Positions 32,569 through 43,173 are shown, numbered from the stretch's first letter. The stretch is DNA of 64,000 nt from Candidatus Onthoplasma sp. (GCA_051883515.1 JBJETW010000008.1:9662-73661); one strand, 5' to 3'. Program-made: numbers and translations. Notes: generated from the letters alone by a model not told the origin.

Positions 32569-33834
32569 ATGATAGAAGAATTGGTTGATAAAAAAATAAA
32601 AGGTCATTCACTTGATTTGGTTGATTATTACTATATTGTTGACTATGTTTTAAAACATGGTGCGACCACCGAATTTAAAAAGATGATGTTTGCTCTTAAC
32701 ACCTTTGGAATGAGCAAAAAAGAGGTGTATTATTTTTCGCTTGCAATACGCGACAGCGGAAAGGTTTTGCATTTTGATGGGGCCATTTTTGAAAAGCATT
32801 CAACCGGCGGAATTGGTGACCCAACAAGTATTGTTTTGATTCCTTTGATTGCAAGTTTGGGAAACAAAATTATAAAAACATCTGGGCGTTCTTTTGCCTT
32901 TACAAATGGAAGCTCTGACAGATTTGGGGCAATTCCAAATTTCAAAACAAAACTTTCAGATAAAGACATAAAGAAGTGCTTAGACGAAACCAATGCTTGT
33001 GTTTTGTCTCACACTGGAGATATGTGTCCAGTTGACAGGATTTTGTTTGATTTAAGGGAAGAATATGAATTAGAAAATGACATCAATTTCATTGCAACAT
33101 CAATTGCGAGCAAAAAACTTTCAAGCGGAGCAAATGTTGTTTTGGTCGACATCAAATATGGTTATTCTTCAATTGTGAAGAACTATAATTCAGCAAAAAA
33201 ACTTGCAAGAATTTTAAAATATGTTTTCAAGCGTTGCAAAGTGAAAAGTGTGATTGTTTTGACCAACACAAAGCAAACGATAGGTTCGGGAATAGGAAAT
33301 GCGGTTGAGGTGGTTGATGCAATTGAAACATTGAAAGGAAAGAAAGGTCTTCTAAGAGATGTGTCAGTTGAATACGCAAAACTTTTAATAAGAGAAGCGA
33401 CGCCAACACTTAATAAAAAAGATTTAAATGATATGATTGAATCAAACATTGACAACGGACAAGCGTATGAAAGATTTTTGCAAATTGTAAAAGCACAAGG
33501 TGGAGATGAAAAATTTGTTAAAGACAACAAGTTTTTTGCTCCTAAAAAGACTATGAATTTTGTATGCGAAAGGGAAGGATATGTGGGGAATATTAACTCT
33601 CTTCTTTTGGGAGAATTAATACATAGACTCTGCATAAATTCGCATGATAATAACATTGGCGCTGTGCTTAAGGTTAAAATTGGTGACTATGTTAAAGTTG
33701 GAGATGTGATTTTAACATTGTATTACACTGAAGAAAATGAAATTGAAAGATATGTGAACGCCATTCGTGGGTGTGTTAGGGTGACAAAGGAAAAAATTAA
33801 ACCAGTAAAAGTTATAAAAAGGATAATAAAATGA
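32569..33834 (+). CDS. pdp: Pyrimidine-nucleoside/thymidine phosphorylase family protein (divergent)
   Basis: KHSTGGIGD, SGR, SIASKK and IGNAVEV motifs; C-terminal KVKIGDYV. Confidence 0.8.
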   Translation: MIEELVDKKIKGHSLDLVDYYYIVDYVLKHGATTEFKKMMFALNTFGMSKKEVYYFSLAIRDSGKVLHFDGAIFEKHSTGGIGDPTSIVLIPLIASLGNKIIKTSGRSFAFTNGSSDRFGAIPNFKTKLSDKDIKKCLDETNACVLSHTGDMCPVDRILFDLREEYELENDINFIATSIASKKLSSGANVVLVDIKYGYSSIVKNYNSAKKLARILKYVFKRCKVKSVIVLTNTKQTIGSGIGNAVEVVDAIETLKGKKGLLRDVSVEYAKLLIREATPTLNKKDLNDMIESNIDNGQAYERFLQIVKAQGGDEKFVKDNKFFAPKKTMNFVCEREGYVGNINSLLLGELIHRLCINSHDNNIGAVLKVKIGDYVKVGDVILTLYYTEENEIERYVNAIRGCVRVTKEKIKPVKVIKRIIK

Positions 33835-34244
33835 AATACATTTCACATTCACTCAAAGACACAAAAAAAATTGCAGAAAGTTTTGCTGACAATTTAAAAC
33901 CAGGAGATGTCGTATTGCTGAATGGTGACCTTGGCGCAGGGAAAACAACGTTTACTCAGTTTGTTTTATCGCATTTAGGTGTAAACGAGACGGTTAATAG
34001 TCCGACATTTGCCATATTAAAAACATATCATGGCAAGTTCACATTTCAACATTTTGACACTTATAGAATTTCAACTGAAGAAGCAATTGAAGCAGGGTTT
34101 GATGAAATTTTAAGTGATAAAAACAGCATAATTTTCATTGAATGGAGCGAAAATATTAAACCGCTTTTAAACAAAAAAAACATCATTGTCAATATAAAAA
34201 ATTTTGACGAAGACGCAAGGGAAATTGAAATAATTTATGAATAG
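33831..34244 (+). CDS. tsaE: t6A biosynthesis ATPase TsaE
   Basis: GDLGAGKTTF, SPTF, HFDTYR and IEW motifs. Confidence 0.95.
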   Translation: MKYISHSLKDTKKIAESFADNLKPGDVVLLNGDLGAGKTTFTQFVLSHLGVNETVNSPTFAILKTYHGKFTFQHFDTYRISTEEAIEAGFDEILSDKNSIIFIEWSENIKPLLNKKNIIVNIKNFDEDAREIEIIYE

Positions 34245-35280
34245 ACTTTTGATTAACACGGCGAACGATGAATTGATGATTGTCCTTCAAACAAAAGACA
34301 ATCTTTTTTGTCATAAAAACAAGTCAAAAATGCATCACAATGAGATAATGTTGCCTGAAATTGATAAAATTTTAAAAGAAAACAAATTAGACATTTCTCA
34401 GATTGACGAATTCGGAGTTGTTGTTGGTCCAGGTTCATTTACAGGCATTAGAGTTGGAATTTCAACAATAAAAGCATTTAGAGATGCTACAAAAAAAATT
34501 GCAAAAGGAGTAAATAATCTTGAATATCTTTTTGCTCTTGCAAAGTCGCAAAATTCCATTATTGACACAGTTGCAATATGTGGTAGTAGGGATAGTTATT
34601 TTGTTGCAAAAGAAATTTTGGGTTCAATATATATTTATGACAGAAATTTGACACTGAACGAATTGCAAAGTTTAAGCAAAAATCCTATTGGAATGTTTGA
34701 GCAAGATGACAAATTAAATTGTTTTGTTGTTGGAAATGACCCTAAAGTTTTTGTGAAATGTTTTGAAACGAGTTTAGATTATCAACTTGTTCCAGAGTAC
34801 TATCAATTGTCACAGGCTGAAAATGAAAAAATTGCTAGAGCAAACAAGCAAATTGTGGAAGCGGACGAGTCCCATATTGAAAAAATCGCCGAAATTGAAC
34901 ATGAGTGTATAAAGAACAACACTCTTAGTTTGATGGAAATAACGCATATGAGAAGAGACAATAATTATCAAATTTTTGTTGCAAAAATTGATGATGAAAT
35001 TGCAGGTTTTGAAATTTTAAACAATACAGATGAAATTAACATTGTGTCTATTGCGGTTAGAAAGAAATTTAGAAATTTAGGAATAGCCACCAATTTAATT
35101 AACAAAGCACAAGAATATGCAAAAGATAATAACATTGACACTATTTCATTGGAAGTTAGCGAAAACAACAAAAGAGCATTTGTGTTGTATAATAAACTTG
35201 GGTTTGAGATTAGGAGAGAGAGAAAAAACTATTATGAAGATGGCTCAAATTGTTTTGAAATGACAAAAAAGACATGTTAA
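34237..35280 (+). CDS. tsaB: TsaB-RimI fusion protein
   Basis: N-terminal GPGSFTGIRVG (TsaB); C-terminal GNAT IAV..KFRNLGIA..LEV...N..A..LY.KLGF...R.NYY (RimI). Confidence 0.88.
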   Translation: MNRLLINTANDELMIVLQTKDNLFCHKNKSKMHHNEIMLPEIDKILKENKLDISQIDEFGVVVGPGSFTGIRVGISTIKAFRDATKKIAKGVNNLEYLFALAKSQNSIIDTVAICGSRDSYFVAKEILGSIYIYDRNLTLNELQSLSKNPIGMFEQDDKLNCFVVGNDPKVFVKCFETSLDYQLVPEYYQLSQAENEKIARANKQIVEADESHIEKIAEIEHECIKNNTLSLMEITHMRRDNNYQIFVAKIDDEIAGFEILNNTDEINIVSIAVRKKFRNLGIATNLINKAQEYAKDNNIDTISLEVSENNKRAFVLYNKLGFEIRRERKNYYEDGSNCFEMTKKTC

Positions 35281-35289
35281 ATGTCTTTT

Positions 35290-36819
35290 TTAATTATAAT
35301 CGTCAGGCAAATCGTTTAAGAAAAGAATTGTGTCAGACTTGGTTAGAAGTGAGAAAAAATGTTTACTTTCTTCCAAACTTGAAGCGTATTTAATATTGTT
35401 TTGATTGAAGTTTTTTTTGAGTAGACCTTGCTCAAGACTTTTCTTGTTGGTGTTCCCAACAATTACAACATAATCTGATTTTGCACACATTTTTCCGAGT
35501 TCAAAATTAATTTCATTTTGTTTTTTTCCACCTTCGATAATCCCGGGAGTGACAATCATTTTTTTGTTTTTACAAGAATTCAAAACTTCAATTGCTTGCT
35601 TTGCACTTTCGAGTGAACAGTTGTAAGAATCGTCTAAAATGTTTAAATTTCCTTCAATATATTCCAATCTGTGAGGCGTAGGTTTTAAATTTGAAATTGA
35701 CTCAATTATATCATCAATTTTAATTCCAAATTCAAGGCATATGGCAGTGGCAAGTAATATGTTTGTGACATTATGTTCTCCCAATAATCTTGTTGATGTT
35801 TGATAGACATGTTTTTTATAAATAATTTTAAAATTTTGTTTAAAATCATGAATTTTTATGCTTTTTGCACGCAAATCACATGATTTTTTAATAGATATTC
35901 CAAATTTTTCTCCTACTTTTTCTTTGAACATTTCGAGAGTGAATTTGTTGTCAAGATTGAAAACGCATAATCTTGTGTTAAGATAAATTGGCAATTCTTG
36001 TTTGGCTTGCTTTACATTTTCAATGCTTTTAAATGTTTCAAGATGTTGTGGGGCAATGATTGTGACAATTCCATAATCTGCTCCAAAAAGCGAGCAAAGT
36101 TTTTTTATGTCACCTTTTTTTCTTGCTCCATATTCTAAGATTAAATAATCTGTGTTTAATTGTAAACTTTCGTTAATAAATTTGCTGATTCCTAGTGGTG
36201 TGTTAAAACTTGATGGTGTGCATTGCGATTTATAGTGTGGATTTAATAATTCTTGCAAAATGTTTTTTACACTTGTTTTGCCGTTGCTTCCAGTGATTGC
36301 AATAATTTTACAACCGCATAATTTTAATTTTTCTTGTGCTGATTTGATGAATTTCTTGTTTTTAACGTAATCAAAAATATTTAGCAAATTAGCGATGTAA
36401 GTACAAAAGACTGAGAACAACGGCATGATGATAAATGGAAGCGGAGCAAAACAAAGCAAGATGTTTAAAAAGCATGAAATTGTAAATAGTCTTTTAATTT
36501 TATTTGTCCACACAAGTGGTGTTTTGTTAGTTTTTATTAAGTTTAAAGTGAAAAATACAAAATTTAATAATTGAGTAAGTAATAGAAATGATAAAGTTAT
36601 TATCTTTAAAGTTGTTGATTTGACAAATTTGATTGATAAAATTGATAGAGTGGCAACAAGGAAAGAAAGAACAAAAAACAGAAAAGATTTTTTGTTTTTA
36701 AAGTAGTTAAAATATCTTTTTGAATAATCTTTAAGTTGAAAGATATGCAAAAATTTTTTTAAATTCACAATGGATAAAATTAAAAATATAATTGATGAGA
36801 TTAAATGGAAAACTAACAT
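35290..36819 (-). CDS. murF: MurF-like Mur ligase with N-terminal TM helices
   Basis: ITGSNGKTS, SFNTPLG, EYGAR, HLETF, DDSYN, TPGIIEGG and NDLPD motifs. Confidence 0.82.
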   Translation of the reverse strand: MLVFHLISSIIFLILSIVNLKKFLHIFQLKDYSKRYFNYFKNKKSFLFFVLSFLVATLSILSIKFVKSTTLKIITLSFLLLTQLLNFVFFTLNLIKTNKTPLVWTNKIKRLFTISCFLNILLCFAPLPFIIMPLFSVFCTYIANLLNIFDYVKNKKFIKSAQEKLKLCGCKIIAITGSNGKTSVKNILQELLNPHYKSQCTPSSFNTPLGISKFINESLQLNTDYLILEYGARKKGDIKKLCSLFGADYGIVTIIAPQHLETFKSIENVKQAKQELPIYLNTRLCVFNLDNKFTLEMFKEKVGEKFGISIKKSCDLRAKSIKIHDFKQNFKIIYKKHVYQTSTRLLGEHNVTNILLATAICLEFGIKIDDIIESISNLKPTPHRLEYIEGNLNILDDSYNCSLESAKQAIEVLNSCKNKKMIVTPGIIEGGKKQNEINFELGKMCAKSDYVVIVGNTNKKSLEQGLLKKNFNQNNIKYASSLEESKHFFSLLTKSDTILFLNDLPDDYN

Positions 36820-37517
36820 AAAAACTCCAAAACAGAATTGTTAAATAATTCAGATTTTTTTAGATACGCAAAATGGTCGGAGTCGGTTTTGATTAATTTG
36901 GAATGATTGATTTTCGAAATTTTTTTTGCAATCCAAATTGGTGTTTCGTGGTCATTTTCACCCCAAAAGCATAAAATTGGACAATGGAATTTTAATAATT
37001 TTATTGTATTAAAATTGACAATATTTTTAAAAGTTTCCTTATTGATTGGAGAAAGTGATAAATAATCAGCGCTGACTAAATTTTTGAAATTTTTTTGAAA
37101 ATTTTTGTTTCTAGATATGATTTTAGCGTTATTTTGGTCTATTTTTTTTAATATTCCAATTTTTTTTGGTCCAGCGCCCCCTATTACGACAATTTTCTCG
37201 ATTTGTAAAATTTTGTCTAAAATTGTTGCAATTCTAAAACCGAAACTATGACAAATTATTATTGGTGAAAAAATATCGTGAGAAACAATAATTGTTTTTA
37301 CTAGATTGACATAATCACACAAGTCCCAAATTTCACTCGTGGGTTGAGTTGTTGGAAGAGTTAAAGAGAGAATATTGAATTTGCTTTTTAAAAGATTTTT
37401 TGTTTTGTCAAAAGAGTGTAAATTTCCGCCCCAACCGTGCAAAAATAGGATAGTGTTTTCTTTTTTCAAATCCAAAAATTCATATTCAATAACTTCTTGT
37501 TTAAAAATTATATTCAT
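36813..37517 (-). CDS. Alpha/beta hydrolase
   Basis: FLHGWGG, CHSFG nucleophile elbow, WGENDHETP and DHFAY. Confidence 0.85.
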   Translation of the reverse strand: MNIIFKQEVIEYEFLDLKKENTILFLHGWGGNLHSFDKTKNLLKSKFNILSLTLPTTQPTSEIWDLCDYVNLVKTIIVSHDIFSPIIICHSFGFRIATILDKILQIEKIVVIGGAGPKKIGILKKIDQNNAKIISRNKNFQKNFKNLVSADYLSLSPINKETFKNIVNFNTIKLLKFHCPILCFWGENDHETPIWIAKKISKINHSKLIKTDSDHFAYLKKSELFNNSVLEFLC

Positions 37518-37564
37518 GTTTTTTTATATGCGACAAAATATAAATTGCCAACATATATAACAAC

Positions 37565-38638
37565 ATGAAAAAATTATGTGTGTTGTTTGGTGGAACCAGT
37601 TGCGAGCATGACATTTCAATAATCACAGGTATGCAACTGTCAAAAGCCATTGAAGAAAAATATCCAATTGAAAAAATTTATCACTCGTTAGATGGGAAAT
37701 TTTATTTGGCAACAGAAGTAAAAGAATTATCGTTTTTCTCAAATAAAAAAAATGTTAAACTTAAAGAAGTATTTTTTAAGAATGGCGCGCTATATAAATT
37801 TGGGAAAATTATAAGTAAAATTTGTGACATATCGTGTGTTGTAAATTGTTTGCATGGTGGTGTTGGCGAAAATGGAGATTTGTCAGGATTTTTTGAGGTT
37901 AATCAAATAAAGACAACCAGCGCAAACTCACTTGCATCTCACATCGCGATGGACAAAAGTTTGGCGAAAAAAATGTTGTCCCAAATTGTTCCAACAATAA
38001 AGGGAGTGGAAATAACAAAGCAAAATATTAATCAGTTGTCTGATATGATTGAGTCGCTTGACGAAGATATTATTGTCAAACCGAATTCCTTGGGTTCAAG
38101 CATAGGCGTCAAAGCAACGAAAAAAGAAAAAGCAATTGAACAAATTAATGCAATTTTTGAAATGCATGACACTGCGCTTGTTGAAAATCGAATAAAAGAT
38201 TTGTGTGAATACAATCAGGCATGTTTTGCTGACGGAGATGAAATTGTTTTGAGCGAGATTGAACAGCCAATTACAAAATCGAACTTTTTAACTTTCGAAG
38301 ACAAATATCAACATAACACAAAAGAAAAAGGAACAGATAGGGTGCTTCCTGCTAAGATAACAAAAAAACTGAGAGAGCAAATTTCCGCGTACACGCGTGC
38401 GATATATAAGGAACTAAAAATGAATGGCGTTGTGAGAATAGACTACATTTTTGACAAGTCCACTGACAACCTATATTTCAATGAAATTAACACAATTCCA
38501 GGGAGCATGGCATATTACTTGTTTGAACCAGTTGGCATTGACTATATAACTTTGATTGAAAAAATTATTGCCAACTCAAGCGAGATAAAAAAATACACGT
38601 ATTTTAATTCGTCTGTACTTTCAAATAAATTGCTTTAA
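37565..38638 (+). CDS. ddl: D-alanine-D-alanine ligase family protein
   Basis: FGG.S.EHDIS, HGG.GE.G, VKPNSLGSS.G, RIDY and NEINTIPG motifs. Confidence 0.9.
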   Translation: MKKLCVLFGGTSCEHDISIITGMQLSKAIEEKYPIEKIYHSLDGKFYLATEVKELSFFSNKKNVKLKEVFFKNGALYKFGKIISKICDISCVVNCLHGGVGENGDLSGFFEVNQIKTTSANSLASHIAMDKSLAKKMLSQIVPTIKGVEITKQNINQLSDMIESLDEDIIVKPNSLGSSIGVKATKKEKAIEQINAIFEMHDTALVENRIKDLCEYNQACFADGDEIVLSEIEQPITKSNFLTFEDKYQHNTKEKGTDRVLPAKITKKLREQISAYTRAIYKELKMNGVVRIDYIFDKSTDNLYFNEINTIPGSMAYYLFEPVGIDYITLIEKIIANSSEIKKYTYFNSSVLSNKLL

Positions 38639-38701
38639 AAAAATTTTTTTGGTATAATATCATTATTAAGCAAAGATTATAGACGAAAGGGGATAAAAAT
38701 T

Positions 38702-40648
38702 GTGGCTAGTTATGATTCAAAAGATTTAATTGTCCTTGAAGGGTTAGATGCGGTTAGAATGCGTCCAGGCATGTATATCGGGACAACAGGAACAAAAGGT
38801 CTTCATCATTTGTTGTGGGAAATAATTGACAACGCAGTTGACGAAATTGCAAACGGATATGGAAACAAAGTTGAAGTGACCTTACACAAAGATGGAACAG
38901 CGTCTGTTTTGGATAATGGACGTGGAATTCCAGTGAGTCCACATCCAAAACTTAAAATGAGTGGTGTTGAAGTTGTTTTTACTCAATTGCACGCAGGCGG
39001 AAAATTTGGAGATAACAATTATAAATATTCGGGCGGTCTGCATGGCGTTGGTGCGTCTGTCACAAATGCACTTTCAAGATTTTTGGAAGTGACTGTTTAT
39101 AAAGATGGCAAAAAGTATTTTGCAAGATTTGAGTCAGTTGAAAAAAATGGCAAAATTCACAGCGGTGCAATTGTTCAACCATTGAAAGAGATGGGGAACA
39201 CAACCCTTAAAGGAACATATGTTCGCTTCCTTCCAGACGATAGAGTGTTCAAAGACATAAAATTCGATTACAACACAGTTAAAGAACGTCTGCAAGAAAC
39301 AGCGTTTTTAAATAAGGGTGTGCACATTGAATTGATTGATGAACGCACAAACACGCGTGAAACTTTGTGCTATGAAGGCGGAATAAGGGATTATGTTCAA
39401 TTTTTAACGTTGGACAAAAAACCTTTGTTTGTGCCACCAATATACATTGAAAATGAAATTGAAGACACATATGTGTCTCTTGCTTTGCAATATGTTGATT
39501 CTTACACTGACAATATTTTCAGTTATGTCAACAACATTCCAACTCCGGAAGGTGGAACGCATGAAGTAGGGTTTAAAACCGCATTAACAAAAGTTCTCAA
39601 TGATTTTGCAAAGAAACATGGTTTAATTAAAGACAAAGATGTGCCATTCATTGGTGACGATTTTAGAGAAGGATTGGTTGCTGTTTTATCAATCAAAATG
39701 AAGAATGTTCAATTTGAAGGACAAACCAAAACAAAACTTGGCAACGTTGAAGCAAAAGCGAGAGTTGAAAGTGTTTGCACACAAGGGCTCACAGAATTTT
39801 TCAACAGCAAGAAAAACGAAAATATTGGCAACATTATCATAGACAAAGCAAAAGGTGCGGCAAGAGTCAGAGACGCAGCGAAAAGGGCAAAAGATTTAAC
39901 AAGAGCAAAGAATTCAATTGAAGGAAGCATGCTCATTGGAGAACTTGCAAATTGCACGAGCAAAAATGCGGATATTAATGAACTTTTCATTGTTGAAGGT
40001 AAATCGGCTGGTGGAACAGCAAAACAAGGAAGAGACAGATATTTCCAAGCAATTTTACCGCTCAGAGGAAAACCATTAAATAGCGAGAAAAAGAGAATTG
40101 ACCAAGTTCTTGCCAATGAAGAAATTAGAACAATTATTGGTGCGCTTGGAACAGGAATTGGGGAAGATTTCAAACTTGAAAATCTAAAATATAACAAAGT
40201 TATAATTCTTAGCGATGCTGACCCAGATGGGTTGCATATTAGATGTATTTTGCTTACATTCTTCTTTAGATATATGCGTCCGTTAATCACAAACGGAAAT
40301 GTCTATGTCGGAATGCCACCACTATACAAAGTTTCAACAAAAGATAAAGAATGGTATTGTTATACTGACGATGAGTTAAAAAATATCACCAAAGATTTAA
40401 AAAATTACTCAGTGACAAGATACAAAGGTCTTGGAGAAATGAGTGAGAAACAACTTAAAGACACAACTCTTGACCCAGCAAAACGAAGTATTATCCGAGT
40501 GGGCGTGGAAGACGCTGTGTTGGCAGACAAAGAAATAACTCTTTGGATGGGTGATGATATCGGTCCAAGAAAAGACTATATCAATAAATACGCAAATTTT
40601 AATCGTATTGATGAATTTGGAAATAAAATTACAGAGGAGGAAGATTGA
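38702..40648 (+). CDS. parE: Type IIA topoisomerase B subunit, most likely topoisomerase IV ParE
   Basis: EIIDNAVDE, GGLHGVG, EGKSAGG, PLRGK, DADPDG and RYKGLGEM motifs; partner subunit lacks a GyrA-box. Confidence 0.75.
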   Translation: MASYDSKDLIVLEGLDAVRMRPGMYIGTTGTKGLHHLLWEIIDNAVDEIANGYGNKVEVTLHKDGTASVLDNGRGIPVSPHPKLKMSGVEVVFTQLHAGGKFGDNNYKYSGGLHGVGASVTNALSRFLEVTVYKDGKKYFARFESVEKNGKIHSGAIVQPLKEMGNTTLKGTYVRFLPDDRVFKDIKFDYNTVKERLQETAFLNKGVHIELIDERTNTRETLCYEGGIRDYVQFLTLDKKPLFVPPIYIENEIEDTYVSLALQYVDSYTDNIFSYVNNIPTPEGGTHEVGFKTALTKVLNDFAKKHGLIKDKDVPFIGDDFREGLVAVLSIKMKNVQFEGQTKTKLGNVEAKARVESVCTQGLTEFFNSKKNENIGNIIIDKAKGAARVRDAAKRAKDLTRAKNSIEGSMLIGELANCTSKNADINELFIVEGKSAGGTAKQGRDRYFQAILPLRGKPLNSEKKRIDQVLANEEIRTIIGALGTGIGEDFKLENLKYNKVIILSDADPDGLHIRCILLTFFFRYMRPLITNGNVYVGMPPLYKVSTKDKEWYCYTDDELKNITKDLKNYSVTRYKGLGEMSEKQLKDTTLDPAKRSIIRVGVEDAVLADKEITLWMGDDIGPRKDYINKYANFNRIDEFGNKITEEED

Positions 40649-43083
40649 TGTCAAAAAACGATAAAGTTGAAAAAATCAAAAGCATCATTCCAACTGGACA
40701 ACTTTTTGAAAAGACAGTTGAAGAAGTTATGGCAACTTCAATGCTTCCTTACAGTGAATATGTTATCCTTGACCGTGCCCTTCCGCGTGTTGAAGACGGT
40801 CTTAAACCAGTTCAGAGAAGGATTTTGTTTGACATGCTCGAACTTGGTCTCACTCCAGACAAAGGAACAAGAAAATGCGCTTATGTTGTGGGTGACACAT
40901 TGGGTAAATTCCACCCACACGGAGATTCATCTGTTTACGGTGCACTGACCAGAATGGCACAAACTTTTGTTATGTCTGAACCGCTGATTTATGGGCAAGG
41001 AAATTTCGGTTCGGTGGACGGAGATAGTCCTGCTGCCATGCGTTATACTGAGTGTAGGTTAACGCCAGTTGCTATGGAACTTATGAAAGATTTGGACAAA
41101 GAAACAGTAAGTTTCAGTCTCAACTATGACGATAGGCTCAAAGAACCAGATTATATGCCAGGAAGATTTCCAAATTTGTTTGTTAATGGTGCAACAGGAA
41201 TTGCTGTTGGGCTTGCAACAAACATTCCAACTCATAATTTAGGTGAAATGATTGATGGTTGTGTGGCATACATTGACAATCCAAACATTAGTCTTGATGA
41301 TATGCTTAAAATCATTAAAGGTCCTGATTTCCCGACCGGTGGTCAAATTGAAATTTCAAACGAAATGAGAGAAGCATATGCAACAGGACGTGGACGCGTT
41401 GCAATCAGGTCGGTTTTCCATTTGGAAGACGAGAAAAATGGCAAAACAAACATTGTTATAACCGAGATTCCATATCAAGTCAACAAATCAGAATTGATTA
41501 AGTCTGTCATGACTTTGAAAGAAAAGATGAAAGATGAATTGGCAGATATTTGCGACATTGCTGACGAAACCAGCAATGAAGGAATGCGTGCTGTAATAAC
41601 TCTCAAAAAAGACGCTGATGTTAATAATATTATTGCAATTTTATTGAAGCATACAGACATGCAAATCAATTTTAATTATAATGTTGTTGCAATTGCGGAC
41701 GGAACGCCAAAACAACTTGGACTTTTGGACTATTTGTCATACTATTTAAAATTCCAACTTGATGTGATTGTTAAAAGAACAAAATTTGAACTTGAACGAG
41801 CAAAAGCAAGGGCACACATCGTTGAAGGTTTGTGTGTTGCGATTGCAAACATAGATGAAGTAATTAGAATTATTAAGAGTTCTGCTTCCACAACTGACGC
41901 AAAAACAAGGTTGATGGAAAGATTTAATCTATCAGACATTCAAACTCAGGCAATTCTGGATATGAGACTTAGCAGACTCACAAATCTTGAAGTTGAAAAA
42001 CTAAAACAAGAACTTGCTGAACTTAAAGCTCAAATTGAAGAATTAAACTCAATTTTGGCAAGCAGAGCAAAGCAAAACGCGGTCATCAAAAGAGAGTTGC
42101 TTGAAATAAAGAAAAATTATGCTCAAGAGAGAAGAACAAAAATTGTGGGTGAGTTTGAAAACTTTGTTGTCACTCCAATTGAAAAACTTTTAGACACAGA
42201 ATGTGCAGTCGCAGTTTCTAATGATGGTCTTAAACTCAAAACTCTTGAAATAAAACAAATTCAAAATGCCAATGCAAATTATGTTTATGAAAACATAAAT
42301 GCATTGCATAAAGTGATTGTTCACACAAGTATGAATAGCAATGTTGTGGCATTCACAAATTTTGGAAATTTCTTTAAAATCCCAGTTAGAGATATTCCAA
42401 CATCAAAGTTCATTCAAAAGGGAACAGCTTTCAGTCAAATCGCACATGCTGAAACAAATGAAAAAATTGTTGCGCTGTTTAATGAAAGTGATTTAATTGA
42501 AAACAAAGAACTTGTTATGATGACGCAGGACGGAGTGATTAAGCGTGTTGAAACAAGTGAATATCAAAACTTGAAGACAGGAAGCATTGCGTTGAAACTT
42601 AAAGATTTTGATAGGTTGGTGGCAGTGCAAATCAACGATGGCTTACCTTCAATTTTGTTTGTTTCAAATGACGGCATGGCAATCAATTGTGAATATTCTT
42701 CTGTCCCTGTCACAAAACGCAACAGCGGTGGCGTAATTGGAATGAGCTTAAATGAAAAGGCAAAAGTTATTTTTGCAAGTCAAGTCAACACGTTGGATAG
42801 GGTGTTGGTGATAACGCCAGAAGGAAATGCAAAGAAATTCAGTTTAAATGAAATTCCTGTTGGACAAAGAAACAGAAAAGGACTAAAAATTGTTTCAGGG
42901 AAAGACGAAATTTTTGCAGTAATTTCACCAATTGTTGCAGGTGAAGTTGTTGTTGAAGACAAAAATAAAGTTTATGCAATTGATGTGAATGACATTGCAA
43001 TTCAAGAGCGAACCAGTGCGTGCAAACCACTTTTGAAAAAACAAAAGTTGCAAGTTAAAGATGTCGGTCTATATTTGAATTAA
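40648..43083 (+). CDS. parC: Type IIA topoisomerase A subunit, most likely topoisomerase IV ParC
   Basis: DGLKPVQRR, FHPHGDSS and AAMRYTE motifs; no QxRGGKG GyrA-box at the start of the CTD. Confidence 0.75.
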   Translation: MSKNDKVEKIKSIIPTGQLFEKTVEEVMATSMLPYSEYVILDRALPRVEDGLKPVQRRILFDMLELGLTPDKGTRKCAYVVGDTLGKFHPHGDSSVYGALTRMAQTFVMSEPLIYGQGNFGSVDGDSPAAMRYTECRLTPVAMELMKDLDKETVSFSLNYDDRLKEPDYMPGRFPNLFVNGATGIAVGLATNIPTHNLGEMIDGCVAYIDNPNISLDDMLKIIKGPDFPTGGQIEISNEMREAYATGRGRVAIRSVFHLEDEKNGKTNIVITEIPYQVNKSELIKSVMTLKEKMKDELADICDIADETSNEGMRAVITLKKDADVNNIIAILLKHTDMQINFNYNVVAIADGTPKQLGLLDYLSYYLKFQLDVIVKRTKFELERAKARAHIVEGLCVAIANIDEVIRIIKSSASTTDAKTRLMERFNLSDIQTQAILDMRLSRLTNLEVEKLKQELAELKAQIEELNSILASRAKQNAVIKRELLEIKKNYAQERRTKIVGEFENFVVTPIEKLLDTECAVAVSNDGLKLKTLEIKQIQNANANYVYENINALHKVIVHTSMNSNVVAFTNFGNFFKIPVRDIPTSKFIQKGTAFSQIAHAETNEKIVALFNESDLIENKELVMMTQDGVIKRVETSEYQNLKTGSIALKLKDFDRLVAVQINDGLPSILFVSNDGMAINCEYSSVPVTKRNSGGVIGMSLNEKAKVIFASQVNTLDRVLVITPEGNAKKFSLNEIPVGQRNRKGLKIVSGKDEIFAVISPIVAGEVVVEDKNKVYAIDVNDIAIQERTSACKPLLKKQKLQVKDVGLYLN

Positions 43084-43173
43084 TTGAATTCTGTAAATAA
43101 AAAATTTAGTTTATGAATTTATAAATTATACAAAAATAGACATTATTTTACAAAAATTTTCATATATAGAGAT

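Noticed and set aside
37565-38638. VanA/D-Ala-D-Lac-type resistance ligase
   Set aside because: The omega loop keeps KY (FLTFEDKY), and no vanH/vanX/vanRS genes are nearby.
38702-43083. DNA gyrase gyrB-gyrA
   Set aside because: No GyrA-box and no dnaA/recF context; topoisomerase IV is more likely, though not proven.
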